64,000 nt of DNA from a virus (taxonomy: Duplodnaviria; Caudoviricetes): positions 96,001 through 160,000 of the IMG/VR virus record IMGVR_UViG_2617271113_000004. One strand, 5' to 3'. The position numbers were made by a program, and so were the translations under genes. This document shows, piece after piece, positions 28,797-37,801 of the stretch. How positions within the stretch are numbered: the stretch's first letter is position 1; every line of letters begins with the position of its first letter. Below the pieces are notes generated by a model. It was not told where the DNA came from, did not search any database, and worked only from the letters and a program-made list of their open reading frames with translations.

Positions 28797-28857
28797 ACTT
28801 CTATAGAGGGAGGTATACTCTTCCCTCTCTGTTATCTTACTAAGGAGGAAGTATGTC

Positions 28858-29004
28858 ATGCATCTATTAGAGAAACTCGATCTAGCTATAAGTAATTGTG
28901 TTTCAGGAGAGTCTGTATCGGTGGAATTTACATATGATGAACTACAGACAATACGTAAGATGGTAGTACTGTCTGCTTATGAAGATAGATTATCTAATGA
29001 TTAA
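28858..29004 (+). CDS. Small hypothetical protein (48 aa, not in track)
   Basis: AAGGAGG RBS; MHLLEKLD...RLSND. Confidence 0.6.
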   Translation: MHLLEKLDLAISNCVSGESVSVEFTYDELQTIRKMVVLSAYEDRLSND

Positions 29005-29019
29005 TGGAGGTGAATGATA

Positions 29020-29187
29020 TTGTATAAGCTTACTACATATAAAGATGAGAAACTATTGCCTAATAAGCGTAGTTCATCTTATTCCCTATCTAATTATAAA
29101 GTATATGGTCTCCCCTCTCGCTATAGTTTTAGACCATTAAGAAGTGGTCCTGATTACATTTCTTCTAGTAAGTCATTTTATGTATAA
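29020..29187 (+). CDS. Small basic protein (55 aa, not in track)
   Basis: GGAGGTG RBS with TTG start. Confidence 0.5.
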   Translation: MYKLTTYKDEKLLPNKRSSSYSLSNYKVYGLPSRYSFRPLRSGPDYISSSKSFYV

Positions 29188-29375
29188 CGTCCCTTTTTAA
29201 TTGGGGGCGATTGGAAAATTATCTGAATTTTCCGTTACATTATCAGTTCCATATATCAATTCAGACGACCCACTTAGCCCTCCATTTATCTTCTTTAAGG
29301 CGGAGGAAGCAAAGTAGATTTATTAAGCTTATTCTTCTAGCTCTATTAAAAGAGTGAGCTTAGTTTTTTTAGGAG

Positions 29376-29783
29376 GTGACTTTCAATATCGGTAATGACT
29401 TTAGAGTAATTATTGCTGGCGGTAGAGATTTTAATAATTATGATGTGCTTTATCAATGTGCTAAGTGGGCTTTATTAAATTATATCCACTCAGATATTCC
29501 TATAACCATAGTAAGTGGAACAGCACGTGGTGCAGATTCATTAGGAGAGAGTTTTGCAAAAGATAACTCATTCTCTATACTCCCCATCCCTGCTGATTGG
29601 AAACGCTATGGGAAGAAAGCGGGTTATCTTCGTAATGCAGAAATGGCTAAACATGCTAATGCATTAATTGCGTTTTGGGATGGCCACTCACGTGGAACTA
29701 GACATATGATTGATCTTGCTTATAAACATAATCTTGAAGTCTTAATATTTGATTATCAAGGAAACTTAAATCGAGGTGATTGA
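29376..29783 (+). CDS. SLOG-family (YspA/DUF2493-like) protein
   Basis: IIAGGRDF, IVSGTARGAD, AG..RN.EM and FWDG.SRGT.HMI motifs. Confidence 0.88.
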   Translation: MTFNIGNDFRVIIAGGRDFNNYDVLYQCAKWALLNYIHSDIPITIVSGTARGADSLGESFAKDNSFSILPIPADWKRYGKKAGYLRNAEMAKHANALIAFWDGHSRGTRHMIDLAYKHNLEVLIFDYQGNLNRGD

Positions 29784-30057
29784 TATGTGCACCGAAGGTT
29801 ATGCATTCGTTAATAAATATGGAGAATATTTAACGCTTCATCATGTTTTGTATGAGAATATTGTTGTATGCTCTACTCCTACGTTAGAATCGGTTAATTT
29901 AATCCCTACGCTGCCCGAAGCAAAAAGAGCATATAATTTTATCGTAAACAACTTAGGATATTGGAACCTTATTACATTAGATGACAATGTTCCTGTAAGG
30001 ATAGTTAAAGTAACTAATCGCACAGTTATTCAAGACACTAATGTAGTTTTATATTAA
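29776..30057 (+). CDS. Hypothetical protein
   Basis: 93 aa, coupled to the upstream gene. Confidence 0.55.
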   Translation: MIDMCTEGYAFVNKYGEYLTLHHVLYENIVVCSTPTLESVNLIPTLPEAKRAYNFIVNNLGYWNLITLDDNVPVRIVKVTNRTVIQDTNVVLY

Positions 30058-30085
30058 TAGAACTTATATCGGAAGGATGATGTAA

Positions 30086-30181
30086 ATGAAAGTTAAATGC
30101 CCTTCATGTCATAAATCAGTTAAGCTTAGATCAAATGGTCATGCTGTCTGTAAATGTGGTGCTCACCATAAAGTTATCTAA
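30086..30181 (+). CDS. 31-aa zinc-ribbon peptide (not in track)
   Basis: MKVKCPSC...CKCG with AAGGATG RBS. Confidence 0.6.
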   Translation: MKVKCPSCHKSVKLRSNGHAVCKCGAHHKVI

Positions 30182-30198
30182 TAGGAGTGTGTTATTAA

Positions 30199-30345
30199 AT
30201 GGGATTTCTCATATTAATCATTGCCGGCATATTCACTGGCTTCGGATTCATTATTGGAATTGAATATTGGAAACGTAAGAGTATCTTAGGCTATCAGAAT
30301 GGTTATGAAGATGGTATAGAAGATGCTTTTAGATTTAAACAATAG
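30199..30345 (+). CDS. 48-aa membrane peptide (not in track)
   Basis: N-terminal TM helix, GY.NGYEDG tail, AGGAG RBS. Confidence 0.6.
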   Translation: MGFLILIIAGIFTGFGFIIGIEYWKRKSILGYQNGYEDGIEDAFRFKQ

Positions 30346-30352
30346 ATAGGAG

Positions 30353-31093
30353 TTGTATTATATGAAACGGATTTTAGCTATTAGCGACATACATGGATGT
30401 CTTGATGAATTAAATGCTATATTAGATCAAGTTAATTATTGTCCAGAAAAAGATCGTCTTGTTCTAGTTGGAGACTACGTAGATCGTGGGTTAAAAAGCA
30501 GGCAAGTGATTGAACGTGTAATGGACTTACAAGAGCATGGTGCTATTGTTCTTAGAGGAAATCATGACCAAATGTTTATTAACTGGTTGATTAAGCATAA
30601 CATTATAGATCAAGAACTGTATTTAAGTAATGGTGGTATTCACACAATAGAAAGTTATGTAGGTTATGATTTCTTTGAAGATGGAATCATCAATGATAAA
30701 TTACAGGAAGCAAAGCAAATTATATATACGCATTACAGAGATCACATTACATTCTTATACCACCTTCCCTATTATTATGAGATAAAAGACCATGTTTTTG
30801 TACATGCTGGTATTGATCCTCTACATGTGGATTGGAAATCAACTAGTTTAGAAGATATGCTTTGGATTCGTAAAGACTTTCTAGATCAGCCTCACTTACA
30901 TGACGTAACATTTGTTCATGGACACACACCTTGTTTTACAGCGCATGATAGCCATGACATATACTTTGATGATAAGAAGATTGGAATTGACGGAGCATGT
31001 GCGTATGGTGGTCAGTTAAATTGTCTTGAAATAAATGACAGCTCTTATGAAATGCATTACGTAAAAAGAAATGAAATACCCTCAAAACTTTAG
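30353..31093 (+). CDS. Ser/Thr protein phosphatase (calcineurin-like metallophosphoesterase)
   Basis: SDIHG, GDYVDRG, RGNHD, VHAG and HGHTP motifs. Confidence 0.92.
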   Translation: MYYMKRILAISDIHGCLDELNAILDQVNYCPEKDRLVLVGDYVDRGLKSRQVIERVMDLQEHGAIVLRGNHDQMFINWLIKHNIIDQELYLSNGGIHTIESYVGYDFFEDGIINDKLQEAKQIIYTHYRDHITFLYHLPYYYEIKDHVFVHAGIDPLHVDWKSTSLEDMLWIRKDFLDQPHLHDVTFVHGHTPCFTAHDSHDIYFDDKKIGIDGACAYGGQLNCLEINDSSYEMHYVKRNEIPSKL

Positions 31094-31137
31094 GGAGAAT
31101 ATTTATGAAATTTGCTGGGTAAAAGGAGATTTTTAAT

Positions 31138-31596
31138 ATGTCAAATGAAATACGTTTTTATTCTCGGAGTAAAAAATACTTTGAATTTAGTAATTTTAGC
31201 AATAATGGATTTACAATTCACAATGAATTTACAGGCAACTTATTTTATCCAACTGTAGAGCATTACTTTCAATCTCTTAAGTTTCTTGATCACTCATACT
31301 CTGAAAAAGTACGTACTGCCTCTACTCCAGGAGAAGCTAAAAGACTAGGTAAATCTCGTCAATATCCTATTCGTAATGATTGGGATGATACTCGTTTATA
31401 TGTAATGATGACGGCAGTTGAAGCTAAATTTTCACAAAACCCTGAGCTAGAGAAAATGTTAGTAGACACAGGCGATGCAGTACTTATTGAGGATTCTCCT
31501 TATGATTACTTTTGGGGAGCAGGAAAAAATAATACTGGTCAGAACATGCTCGGAAAATTATTAATGAATTATAGAGATAAACTGAATAGGTTATGA
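31138..31596 (+). CDS. NADAR-family (YbiA-like) protein
   Basis: FSNF, YPTVEHYFQ.LKF, AKFSQN, LIEDSPYD.FWG.G and N.LGKLLM motifs. Confidence 0.92.
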   Translation: MSNEIRFYSRSKKYFEFSNFSNNGFTIHNEFTGNLFYPTVEHYFQSLKFLDHSYSEKVRTASTPGEAKRLGKSRQYPIRNDWDDTRLYVMMTAVEAKFSQNPELEKMLVDTGDAVLIEDSPYDYFWGAGKNNTGQNMLGKLLMNYRDKLNRL

Positions 31597-31599
31597 GCT

Positions 31600-31893
31600 A
31601 TGAGTAGTATACGTATCAACAGTTCTGATCAATATTATAAAGGCATTTTGCTTAATTGCATTTCACGTCGCTCATATAAAATGAATAAAGCTAAACGTTT
31701 TACTATTAATCATACCAATCAAAATGTATGGATACCTAATAAGCATTTACTTAATGATGGAACTATAAAGTATGGTGAAAATATAGACTATGTATTTCGT
31801 AAGGCTCAAAGGCAATTAGAAATAGCTGGTTACACTGGACCAATAGTTGGTATTAAAAGAAGCACTTTAACAACACATGGGATTAATAAATAG
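31600..31893 (+). CDS. Hypothetical protein
   Basis: 97 aa ORF. Confidence 0.6.
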   Translation: MSSIRINSSDQYYKGILLNCISRRSYKMNKAKRFTINHTNQNVWIPNKHLLNDGTIKYGENIDYVFRKAQRQLEIAGYTGPIVGIKRSTLTTHGINK

Positions 31894-32032
31894 TTTAAAC
31901 GAACAGGAAGGATTTTTTTATGTGCTTAGTTTGTAGTGGAGTAATTAATTATTTATGATTACTACTCTAATTCAAGACTGAAATTGACGATAAATAATAA
32001 ACTATAAAACTTTCATAGGAGGGTTATCCTAC

Positions 32033-32497
32033 ATGATGTTCACATCGATTAGAGCAAAAATGTTTGTAAAAGATGAGTATCAACCACTTATTGATAGATT
32101 AATGAATAACTCTGAAATTATGCAATGGAGCCAGTTACATTCAACTCTTCCTTTTGTTCAGCAATATGCGAAAGTACCACGTTCTGGACATATTCCGTTT
32201 GGAGCTCTGACATATGCCCCTTCTGAATGGGGAGTGTATGATAAGACGCATGGATTTAATGTTCATGTCATGTATGAACCCTCCTTTGAGAGACTTACTG
32301 GATTATGGACATTCCAATGCAGTTTAAGAGATAAAGCTAATACAATCGATCAATTTATGGATTTAATTGTTAATAATATTGTTGATCAGATTATTCATTT
32401 GGAAACAAAGTATGAAGGTGATAATTATAGCAATATCTATAATTTTGTAAATAATTCCGTTCGTATCACACATCATAAGGCTATTGATCAGTTATGA
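32033..32497 (+). CDS. Hypothetical protein
   Basis: 154 aa with AGGAGGG RBS. Confidence 0.65.
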   Translation: MMFTSIRAKMFVKDEYQPLIDRLMNNSEIMQWSQLHSTLPFVQQYAKVPRSGHIPFGALTYAPSEWGVYDKTHGFNVHVMYEPSFERLTGLWTFQCSLRDKANTIDQFMDLIVNNIVDQIIHLETKYEGDNYSNIYNFVNNSVRITHHKAIDQL

Positions 32498-32669
32498 GAG
32501 GAGCTATGATATGTCCGATAATCGTGAGGCTGTTTTCTATGACTTATTAAATAAGTATGAAATACTTCTTGGTGCTCAAGGTTGGTCTGATCCAGAAATA
32601 CAGGCAGAACTGAACAAGTTGTCTGCTGATTTTAAGGCTAATTTGTCTATGAAGGATGATTCAACATGA
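32484..32669 (+). CDS. Hypothetical protein
   Basis: Small ORF; GAGGAG RBS precedes an internal ATG. Confidence 0.5.
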   Translation: MISYERSYDMSDNREAVFYDLLNKYEILLGAQGWSDPEIQAELNKLSADFKANLSMKDDST

Positions 32670-33142
32670 CCAATATTTCACCTATGAATGATCTTTTAAT
32701 CGGTCACCTGTATCACTCCCCTATTTGGAAAGAACTATTGGAAAATAAGAAAATTCATTTTGATTTTAGGCTTACACATATGTATGTTTATAAGCGCAGC
32801 AATCATAGCTTATATATAGCTGAATTCCATAATGCCTTTACATACTTCGGAGAATATACAAAAGAAACAATCCTGAAATTCCAACAAAGAGATCCGTTAG
32901 ATCACCTTCCTATCACCTATGAGGAGTTATGTCATAGTCATGGATTCTATAAATTAGCAGAAACAAATGATTATGCAGCATTCTCAAATGATAGCCTTAG
33001 TGACTATCCTTCGGATCTCTATATATTTGAGATAGTAGATGTCCGAGAATATAGATTTTATACCAAGGATATCTCCCCTACTTGCATCCAAGAATTTTTG
33101 GATTTTGATATCAATCTAAACAAACTATCTAATATTAAATAA
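32666..33142 (+). CDS. Hypothetical protein
   Basis: 158 aa, ATGA-coupled. Confidence 0.6.
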   Translation: MTNISPMNDLLIGHLYHSPIWKELLENKKIHFDFRLTHMYVYKRSNHSLYIAEFHNAFTYFGEYTKETILKFQQRDPLDHLPITYEELCHSHGFYKLAETNDYAAFSNDSLSDYPSDLYIFEIVDVREYRFYTKDISPTCIQEFLDFDINLNKLSNIK

Positions 33143-33155
33143 AAGGAGCTATACT

Positions 33156-33242
33156 ATGAAATGTGCTGTTTGTAGTAACTATCGTGAGATTCAGTTTGAA
33201 AATGAAAACATTACATGCCCTGTGTGTGAAGATTATGTATAG
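33156..33242 (+). CDS. 28-aa CxxC..CxxC zinc-ribbon peptide (not in track)
   Basis: MKCAVC...CPVCEDYV with AAGGAG RBS. Confidence 0.6.
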   Translation: MKCAVCSNYREIQFENENITCPVCEDYV

Positions 33243-33263
33243 GTAATTAAAGGAGGTATTCAT

Positions 33264-33737
33264 ATGCTACATGTAGTTCAAGGAGACCTATTAGAGAGTG
33301 ATTGTACGGTTATCGCACATCAGTGTAACTGCTTTAATACTATGGGAGCCGGTATAGCTAAACAAATTAAGAATAAATATCCCTTGGCCTATGTCATGGA
33401 TCAACAAGCCCCCTACTCACCTATGGATAGACTCGGTGAAGTAACTTTTGCTTTTTATGACTCCCCTCCCCTACTTATATTCAATCTCTATGGACAATAT
33501 TCTTATGGGAAAGGACGTCATACTGATTATAATGCTTTATCTAACTCTATAAGTAAGATGATGCGTACCATACAGTCTATGCCAGAGCATGTCAGACAGG
33601 AATTTCCTTTTGTAAAGGTCGGAGTCCCCTATGGTTTAGGCTCTGGTTTAGCTGGTGGATATTGGAATAAAGTAAAACTAATCCTTGATTATTACTCTGA
33701 AGAGTTCAAGATAGATATATTTGCTTATAAACTATAG
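33264..33737 (+). CDS. Macrodomain protein (DarG/TARG1-like clade)
   Basis: GDLL, IAHQCNC..MGAGIA, NLYGQ and PYGLGSGLAGG.W motifs. Confidence 0.9.
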   Translation: MLHVVQGDLLESDCTVIAHQCNCFNTMGAGIAKQIKNKYPLAYVMDQQAPYSPMDRLGEVTFAFYDSPPLLIFNLYGQYSYGKGRHTDYNALSNSISKMMRTIQSMPEHVRQEFPFVKVGVPYGLGSGLAGGYWNKVKLILDYYSEEFKIDIFAYKL

Positions 33738-33813
33738 TTTTATTTCATAATTTAATTATTTTTTAAGGAAATATTTTTATATTTATTACTTTTATATGGA
33801 AATAAAACAAAAT

Positions 33814-33849
33814 AAAAACAGTAAATTAGGAAATAATCTACTGTTTTTT
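33814..33849. terminator. Bidirectional terminator between convergent genes
   Basis: AAAAACAGTA..ATTA-GGAAA-TAAT..TACTGTTTTT. Confidence 0.65.
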
Positions 33850-33859
33850 AATGAAATCA

Positions 33860-34480
33860 TTATTTATTTTTAAATGGATTCTTTGAAAAGATCTTTTTGT
33901 AAGCTGGTAGATTCATATATTCGTGCATTAATTTTCTTGTCTCTCGCTGTTCTTCCATGAATTGATCCAGCTTCTTAATACGTCTTTCCTCAATATCATC
34001 TATAGTAGCTGCCATTTCTCTAGATACATTCTCTGATATTTCAGCTGATAATTCTTTCGAAATGTCATCGGTTGCTTTATGAATAATCTGTTGCATGAAG
34101 GATTGGAATTCGGGGTTCTCTAACATGTGTTGCATATCTATCTCAGATAGCTCCATCTTATGTTTAGGTACTTCTGGAACCTGACCCTTCTGACGACACT
34201 CCAGATCTTCATTTTCTAATATTACGTATGCAAGATCCGTTGTTGTTGTCTTTCTGCCATACCTACTTTTAGCATCTCGCATAAACTCAAAGATCTTTAA
34301 GTCAGACTCATAGAATATGCGTTCATCCCTATGATTTCGCTCTAAGTAGTGTACATGTAGCTCTTCAAGCTTATCTGACCAGCCTCTTAGCGTTGGAGCT
34401 GGTACTTCAATTCGTTTCGCAGCATCGCCCAGCGTGACAAATTCAACGTCCATGGCCATAGCATCACACACTCCTCTCAT
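33860..34480 (-). CDS. MerR-like HTH coiled-coil protein (RacA/TubY-like architecture)
   Basis: DAAKRIEVPAPTLRGW...R.F.ESDL, then coiled coil and basic/aromatic C-terminal tail. Confidence 0.75.
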   Translation of the reverse strand: MRGVCDAMAMDVEFVTLGDAAKRIEVPAPTLRGWSDKLEELHVHYLERNHRDERIFYESDLKIFEFMRDAKSRYGRKTTTTDLAYVILENEDLECRQKGQVPEVPKHKMELSEIDMQHMLENPEFQSFMQQIIHKATDDISKELSAEISENVSREMAATIDDIEERRIKKLDQFMEEQRETRKLMHEYMNLPAYKKIFSKNPFKNK

Positions 34481-34515
34481 ATAGCTCTATTAAAACACAT
34501 ACCGAGCTTATATGA

Positions 34516-34952
34516 AAGTCGTTCTACTTCATAATTCATAGATGATTAACATATAACTCATTGTTCACTATTGAACATACTTACAATTTATCTATCAGTT
34601 AATTCGCCTTATGTAATATCTAATAGCTCAAATCCTATTTAATAATTCGTTCTATGTAAGATGTCAACCTATGAATTATTCCATAGATTATGAAGTAGTT
34701 ACCTGATAGATCGAGCTATTTCATAACTAATAATTAATAGTCTATTCAATAGTTAGCTATATATCATATTTAATAACTCGAACTCTGAGATAATCTATTA
34801 ATAACCTATTCCCCAAGTCGTTCTATGTCATATTTAATAGAATGTAGTCTATGAGTGATATCGCTCTATCTCATAACTGATAGTTCATTGCCTATGAAGT
34901 TGGCTGCTCTATCTAATAACTAATAGATGCCTATCGGCTAGTTATGAGAAAA
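34516..34952. repeat. Degenerate repeat array, consensus about CTAYYTMATAAYTNATAG
   Basis: Copies at 34524, 34616, 34635, 34716, 34766, 34866 and 34909; inverted copies at 34682 and 34938. Confidence 0.7.
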
Positions 34953-34995
34953 CTATTTATAATCTCTTAAAAACAGAGTAGGGGAGGTCAATATT

Positions 34996-35496
34996 TTGAG
35001 TAAAACTGATTTTGATAAATTACGTATTGATATGTGGGTATCCGGAACTGCTGATAAAGAAGGAAATGGGGGTTATAGTGCTTTATTATATTCTCAAATT
35101 AACCAAACTCCATTTAAGAAAACAATAGGGGGGTACGCTACTGATACAACGATTACTCGTATGACATTAAAAGCAATTGTAGAAGGTTTAACTTGTATTA
35201 AATCTAAATCCTTTATTCATATCTATACGTCATTGCCACAGATATCAGTTGGTTTAAATAAAAATATGTATGTATGGGAGAGAAATGACTGGAGAAGAAA
35301 AGACGGTCAATTTCTAAAGCATGCTGATCTATGGCAGCAAGTCTTTGAATTACTAGATGAGAAATCATTAAGTTATAGAGTAAAACTTGAACGTCCATTT
35401 CCTAGTCAAGACAATCATCTTTATGTAATACACATGGCAAGTAAATATACCATGCAAGCTAAAAAGCATTTGCATGAAGTTGCTGTTTCATCTTAG
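34996..35496 (+). CDS. RNase HI-fold protein lacking catalytic carboxylates
   Basis: GGY...TT.TRM.L.A, W.RN.W and KHADLW match RNase HI, but the D/E/D positions are S/T/S. Confidence 0.8.
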   Translation: MSKTDFDKLRIDMWVSGTADKEGNGGYSALLYSQINQTPFKKTIGGYATDTTITRMTLKAIVEGLTCIKSKSFIHIYTSLPQISVGLNKNMYVWERNDWRRKDGQFLKHADLWQQVFELLDEKSLSYRVKLERPFPSQDNHLYVIHMASKYTMQAKKHLHEVAVSS

Positions 35497-35514
35497 TAAA
35501 GGAGTGAACCTGTT

Positions 35515-35862
35515 ATGGAATATTTGGAACATAGTAGACAGACATATTCAAAAAAGAAAAGCCTATCGGCTAGCTTTAGGGTAAATTTACTGATCTATGT
35601 CATAGCCATATTAGTTGTTCTTACATTTGCTTTATTAATACGTAATGTACTTCCAAGTGATTACAAAGTTGAATATATCGAATACACAATGTCTAAAGGT
35701 GACAATATTACACATGCCATTGAATCCATTAATCAGAAGTATGATGGTCCTTATGATATGAGAGATCTCATATATATGGTAGTGGAAAAGAACAATCTTG
35801 ATTCTCATAAGGTTTATCCAGGTAAAACATACCTTATTCCAAAATTATTAGCTTCTCACTGA
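35515..35862 (+). CDS. TM + LysM-like protein (YneA-like)
   Basis: TM helix followed by YTMSKGD...NNL...VYPG..YLIP. Confidence 0.7.
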   Translation: MEYLEHSRQTYSKKKSLSASFRVNLLIYVIAILVVLTFALLIRNVLPSDYKVEYIEYTMSKGDNITHAIESINQKYDGPYDMRDLIYMVVEKNNLDSHKVYPGKTYLIPKLLASH

Positions 35863-35878
35863 TAGGGGAGAGTCTATA

Positions 35879-35989
35879 ATGAAAAATGATAAGAACCATC
35901 CGTGGGATGATATTCCTTTAATAAAAGTTCTCTCTGGACTTTTCATATGTGGAGTAATATTTGGAGTGTTAATGATACCGTTCTTATAA
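35879..35989 (+). CDS. 36-aa membrane peptide (not in track)
   Basis: AGGGGAG RBS and hydrophobic C-terminus. Confidence 0.55.
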   Translation: MKNDKNHPWDDIPLIKVLSGLFICGVIFGVLMIPFL

Positions 35990-36133
35990 TTGCTAGTTGT
36001 AAATAGGATTATCTGTTGATGATCCTATGAAGGAGCTCGCAACTCCATTTCTCATAGTAATGATTTCTTCTTTGTGATGACTCAGTTAGAGTCTTTTTTA
36101 TTAGAAAAATTTATATACAGAAAGGTGATAGCT

Positions 36134-36373
36134 ATGTCTATAGTTTTTAATTCGAAACAGGAACTTACTAATCATCTAGAAAAATTTACATTAGAAGAAC
36201 AGAAAACAGAGCTAGAATTTATGATTTCTAAAATTGAAGAAGAGGTAGAAATAGCTTTAATCCAAAACAACAATGAATTAGCAATATGGAAAATGTCAAT
36301 CGAGCTTCTTATTGAAGACGTGTTGAAGGAAGTAGAAAATAAATTAATCATTAACTACTCGTTGAATGTATGA
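36134..36373 (+). CDS. Hypothetical protein
   Basis: Start moved to the ATG after the AAAGGTG RBS. Confidence 0.6.
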   Translation: MSIVFNSKQELTNHLEKFTLEEQKTELEFMISKIEEEVEIALIQNNNELAIWKMSIELLIEDVLKEVENKLIINYSLNV

Positions 36374-36489
36374 TCTATGCAACATTATTTATTCTTATAT
36401 GTATGTCAGGGAAATTAATTTTTTTGCCATTCCTTTTAATATTGCATGCGTTAGAAGGATGGTTTAATAAGAGAAAGGGGAGCTAAATT

Positions 36490-36711
36490 ATGTCTAGAAC
36501 TGTTCAAACAACCTGTAACAACTGTGGTACGGAAATTACATTGGATTTTGGAAATGCAACTTATGAAGAAGCTTTAGTCCTTATAGATAAAATGGATAAG
36601 TCTAATCGTGAATGCCCTGGTTGGCATGTAGAAATTGGTGGTTGGAAAAAGCGATGGAACTTAGATGCAGCCGTTAAAAGTGCTTATGCTAATGAAGAGA
36701 GAGGTAAATAA
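36490..36711 (+). CDS. Hypothetical zinc-binding protein
   Basis: CNNC..CPGWH with strong RBS. Confidence 0.6.
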   Translation: MSRTVQTTCNNCGTEITLDFGNATYEEALVLIDKMDKSNRECPGWHVEIGGWKKRWNLDAAVKSAYANEERGK

Positions 36712-36731
36712 TTTAAATTAAAAATCAGGAG

Positions 36732-37649
36732 ATGATATATATGTCAGCAATTTTAAATCAAATCAAAGAATCTGTTAAAAAAGGTGTAGAAGTTAATATT
36801 CAAGGAATTGTTCAGTATGGAAAATATCCTGTATCTGTGAAAGACATTACAAATAGTGTTACAAGTGGTTGGGAACTTACGTATCGTATAGAAAAATCGC
36901 AATTTAATGGAAAAGCATTTAACAAGCATGAACGCTTCTCCGAGCTTAAAATGACTTCATTTAGTAATTTATACACCATGATTCAACAAGTTTATTCTCA
37001 ATTCAAGCAAGGAGTTAATGTAGAAAAAAGAAATGACGGATCTAATTTCGCAGTTTATCAGCCTAATGATTCGCTTTGGTTTACTGTTAGGGACAAAAAG
37101 AACTCTGTAGCAATTACAGTTACTATTACTGATGATAACTCACCGTTTCATATGTTAAGTGTCACTTTTGTTATTACTGCTTCAAATCAAAACGGACAAC
37201 CATATATGATAGGGTATGACTCTCAATATGACCATAACACAGATACTTATACCGAACTTTTAAATGCATCTATGCTCCCAAATAAACATGCATATGTGCC
37301 AGTTACTCGCAAAGATAACATAGGTACAATTAAGGCTGCTGGAGTAGTTAATAATGAAGGTTTAGTAGAAATCGATTATGATCAAACAGAAGTGGTATAT
37401 TTACAGAAAGTATTAAATGAAAGAAGATTATTAGCTGGTATATATGAAAAAGCTATTTTAGAGATTGTTTTAGATAAATCAAATGAATATTTTACTGCAA
37501 ACTCTCAAGCACAGCAACCAATGAATGGCTTTAATCAATCATCAATGCCCCATATGCAAAATGCCTTTCATGCACCACAAACAAATCAAGGTCTGAATTC
37601 GAATCCCTTTAATCCAGCTTTAAATTTAGATAATACTCCAGTATTCTAG
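36732..37649 (+). CDS. Hypothetical protein with SSB-like Q/N-rich tail ending DNTPVF
   Basis: 305 aa with AGGAG RBS. Confidence 0.6.
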   Translation: MIYMSAILNQIKESVKKGVEVNIQGIVQYGKYPVSVKDITNSVTSGWELTYRIEKSQFNGKAFNKHERFSELKMTSFSNLYTMIQQVYSQFKQGVNVEKRNDGSNFAVYQPNDSLWFTVRDKKNSVAITVTITDDNSPFHMLSVTFVITASNQNGQPYMIGYDSQYDHNTDTYTELLNASMLPNKHAYVPVTRKDNIGTIKAAGVVNNEGLVEIDYDQTEVVYLQKVLNERRLLAGIYEKAILEIVLDKSNEYFTANSQAQQPMNGFNQSSMPHMQNAFHAPQTNQGLNSNPFNPALNLDNTPVF

Positions 37650-37801
37650 AAAATCTAATTACAGAGGGTTTCAGCGCTCTCTGTAATGCTTTTCATGATA
37701 ACCTTTAAAATAATCCTCATTTTTTCTTCATTTTTTGATTGTTTTCTATAATTATCTGTTATACTATTGTTATACATAAGTAAAATGAAGGGAGAAATCC
37801 T

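Noticed and set aside
36025-36072. Fluoride-riboswitch-like words (GGAGCTCGC...TAATGATTTCT)
   Set aside because: The conserved GAUG and P1 pairing are missing, and no fluoride-related gene follows.
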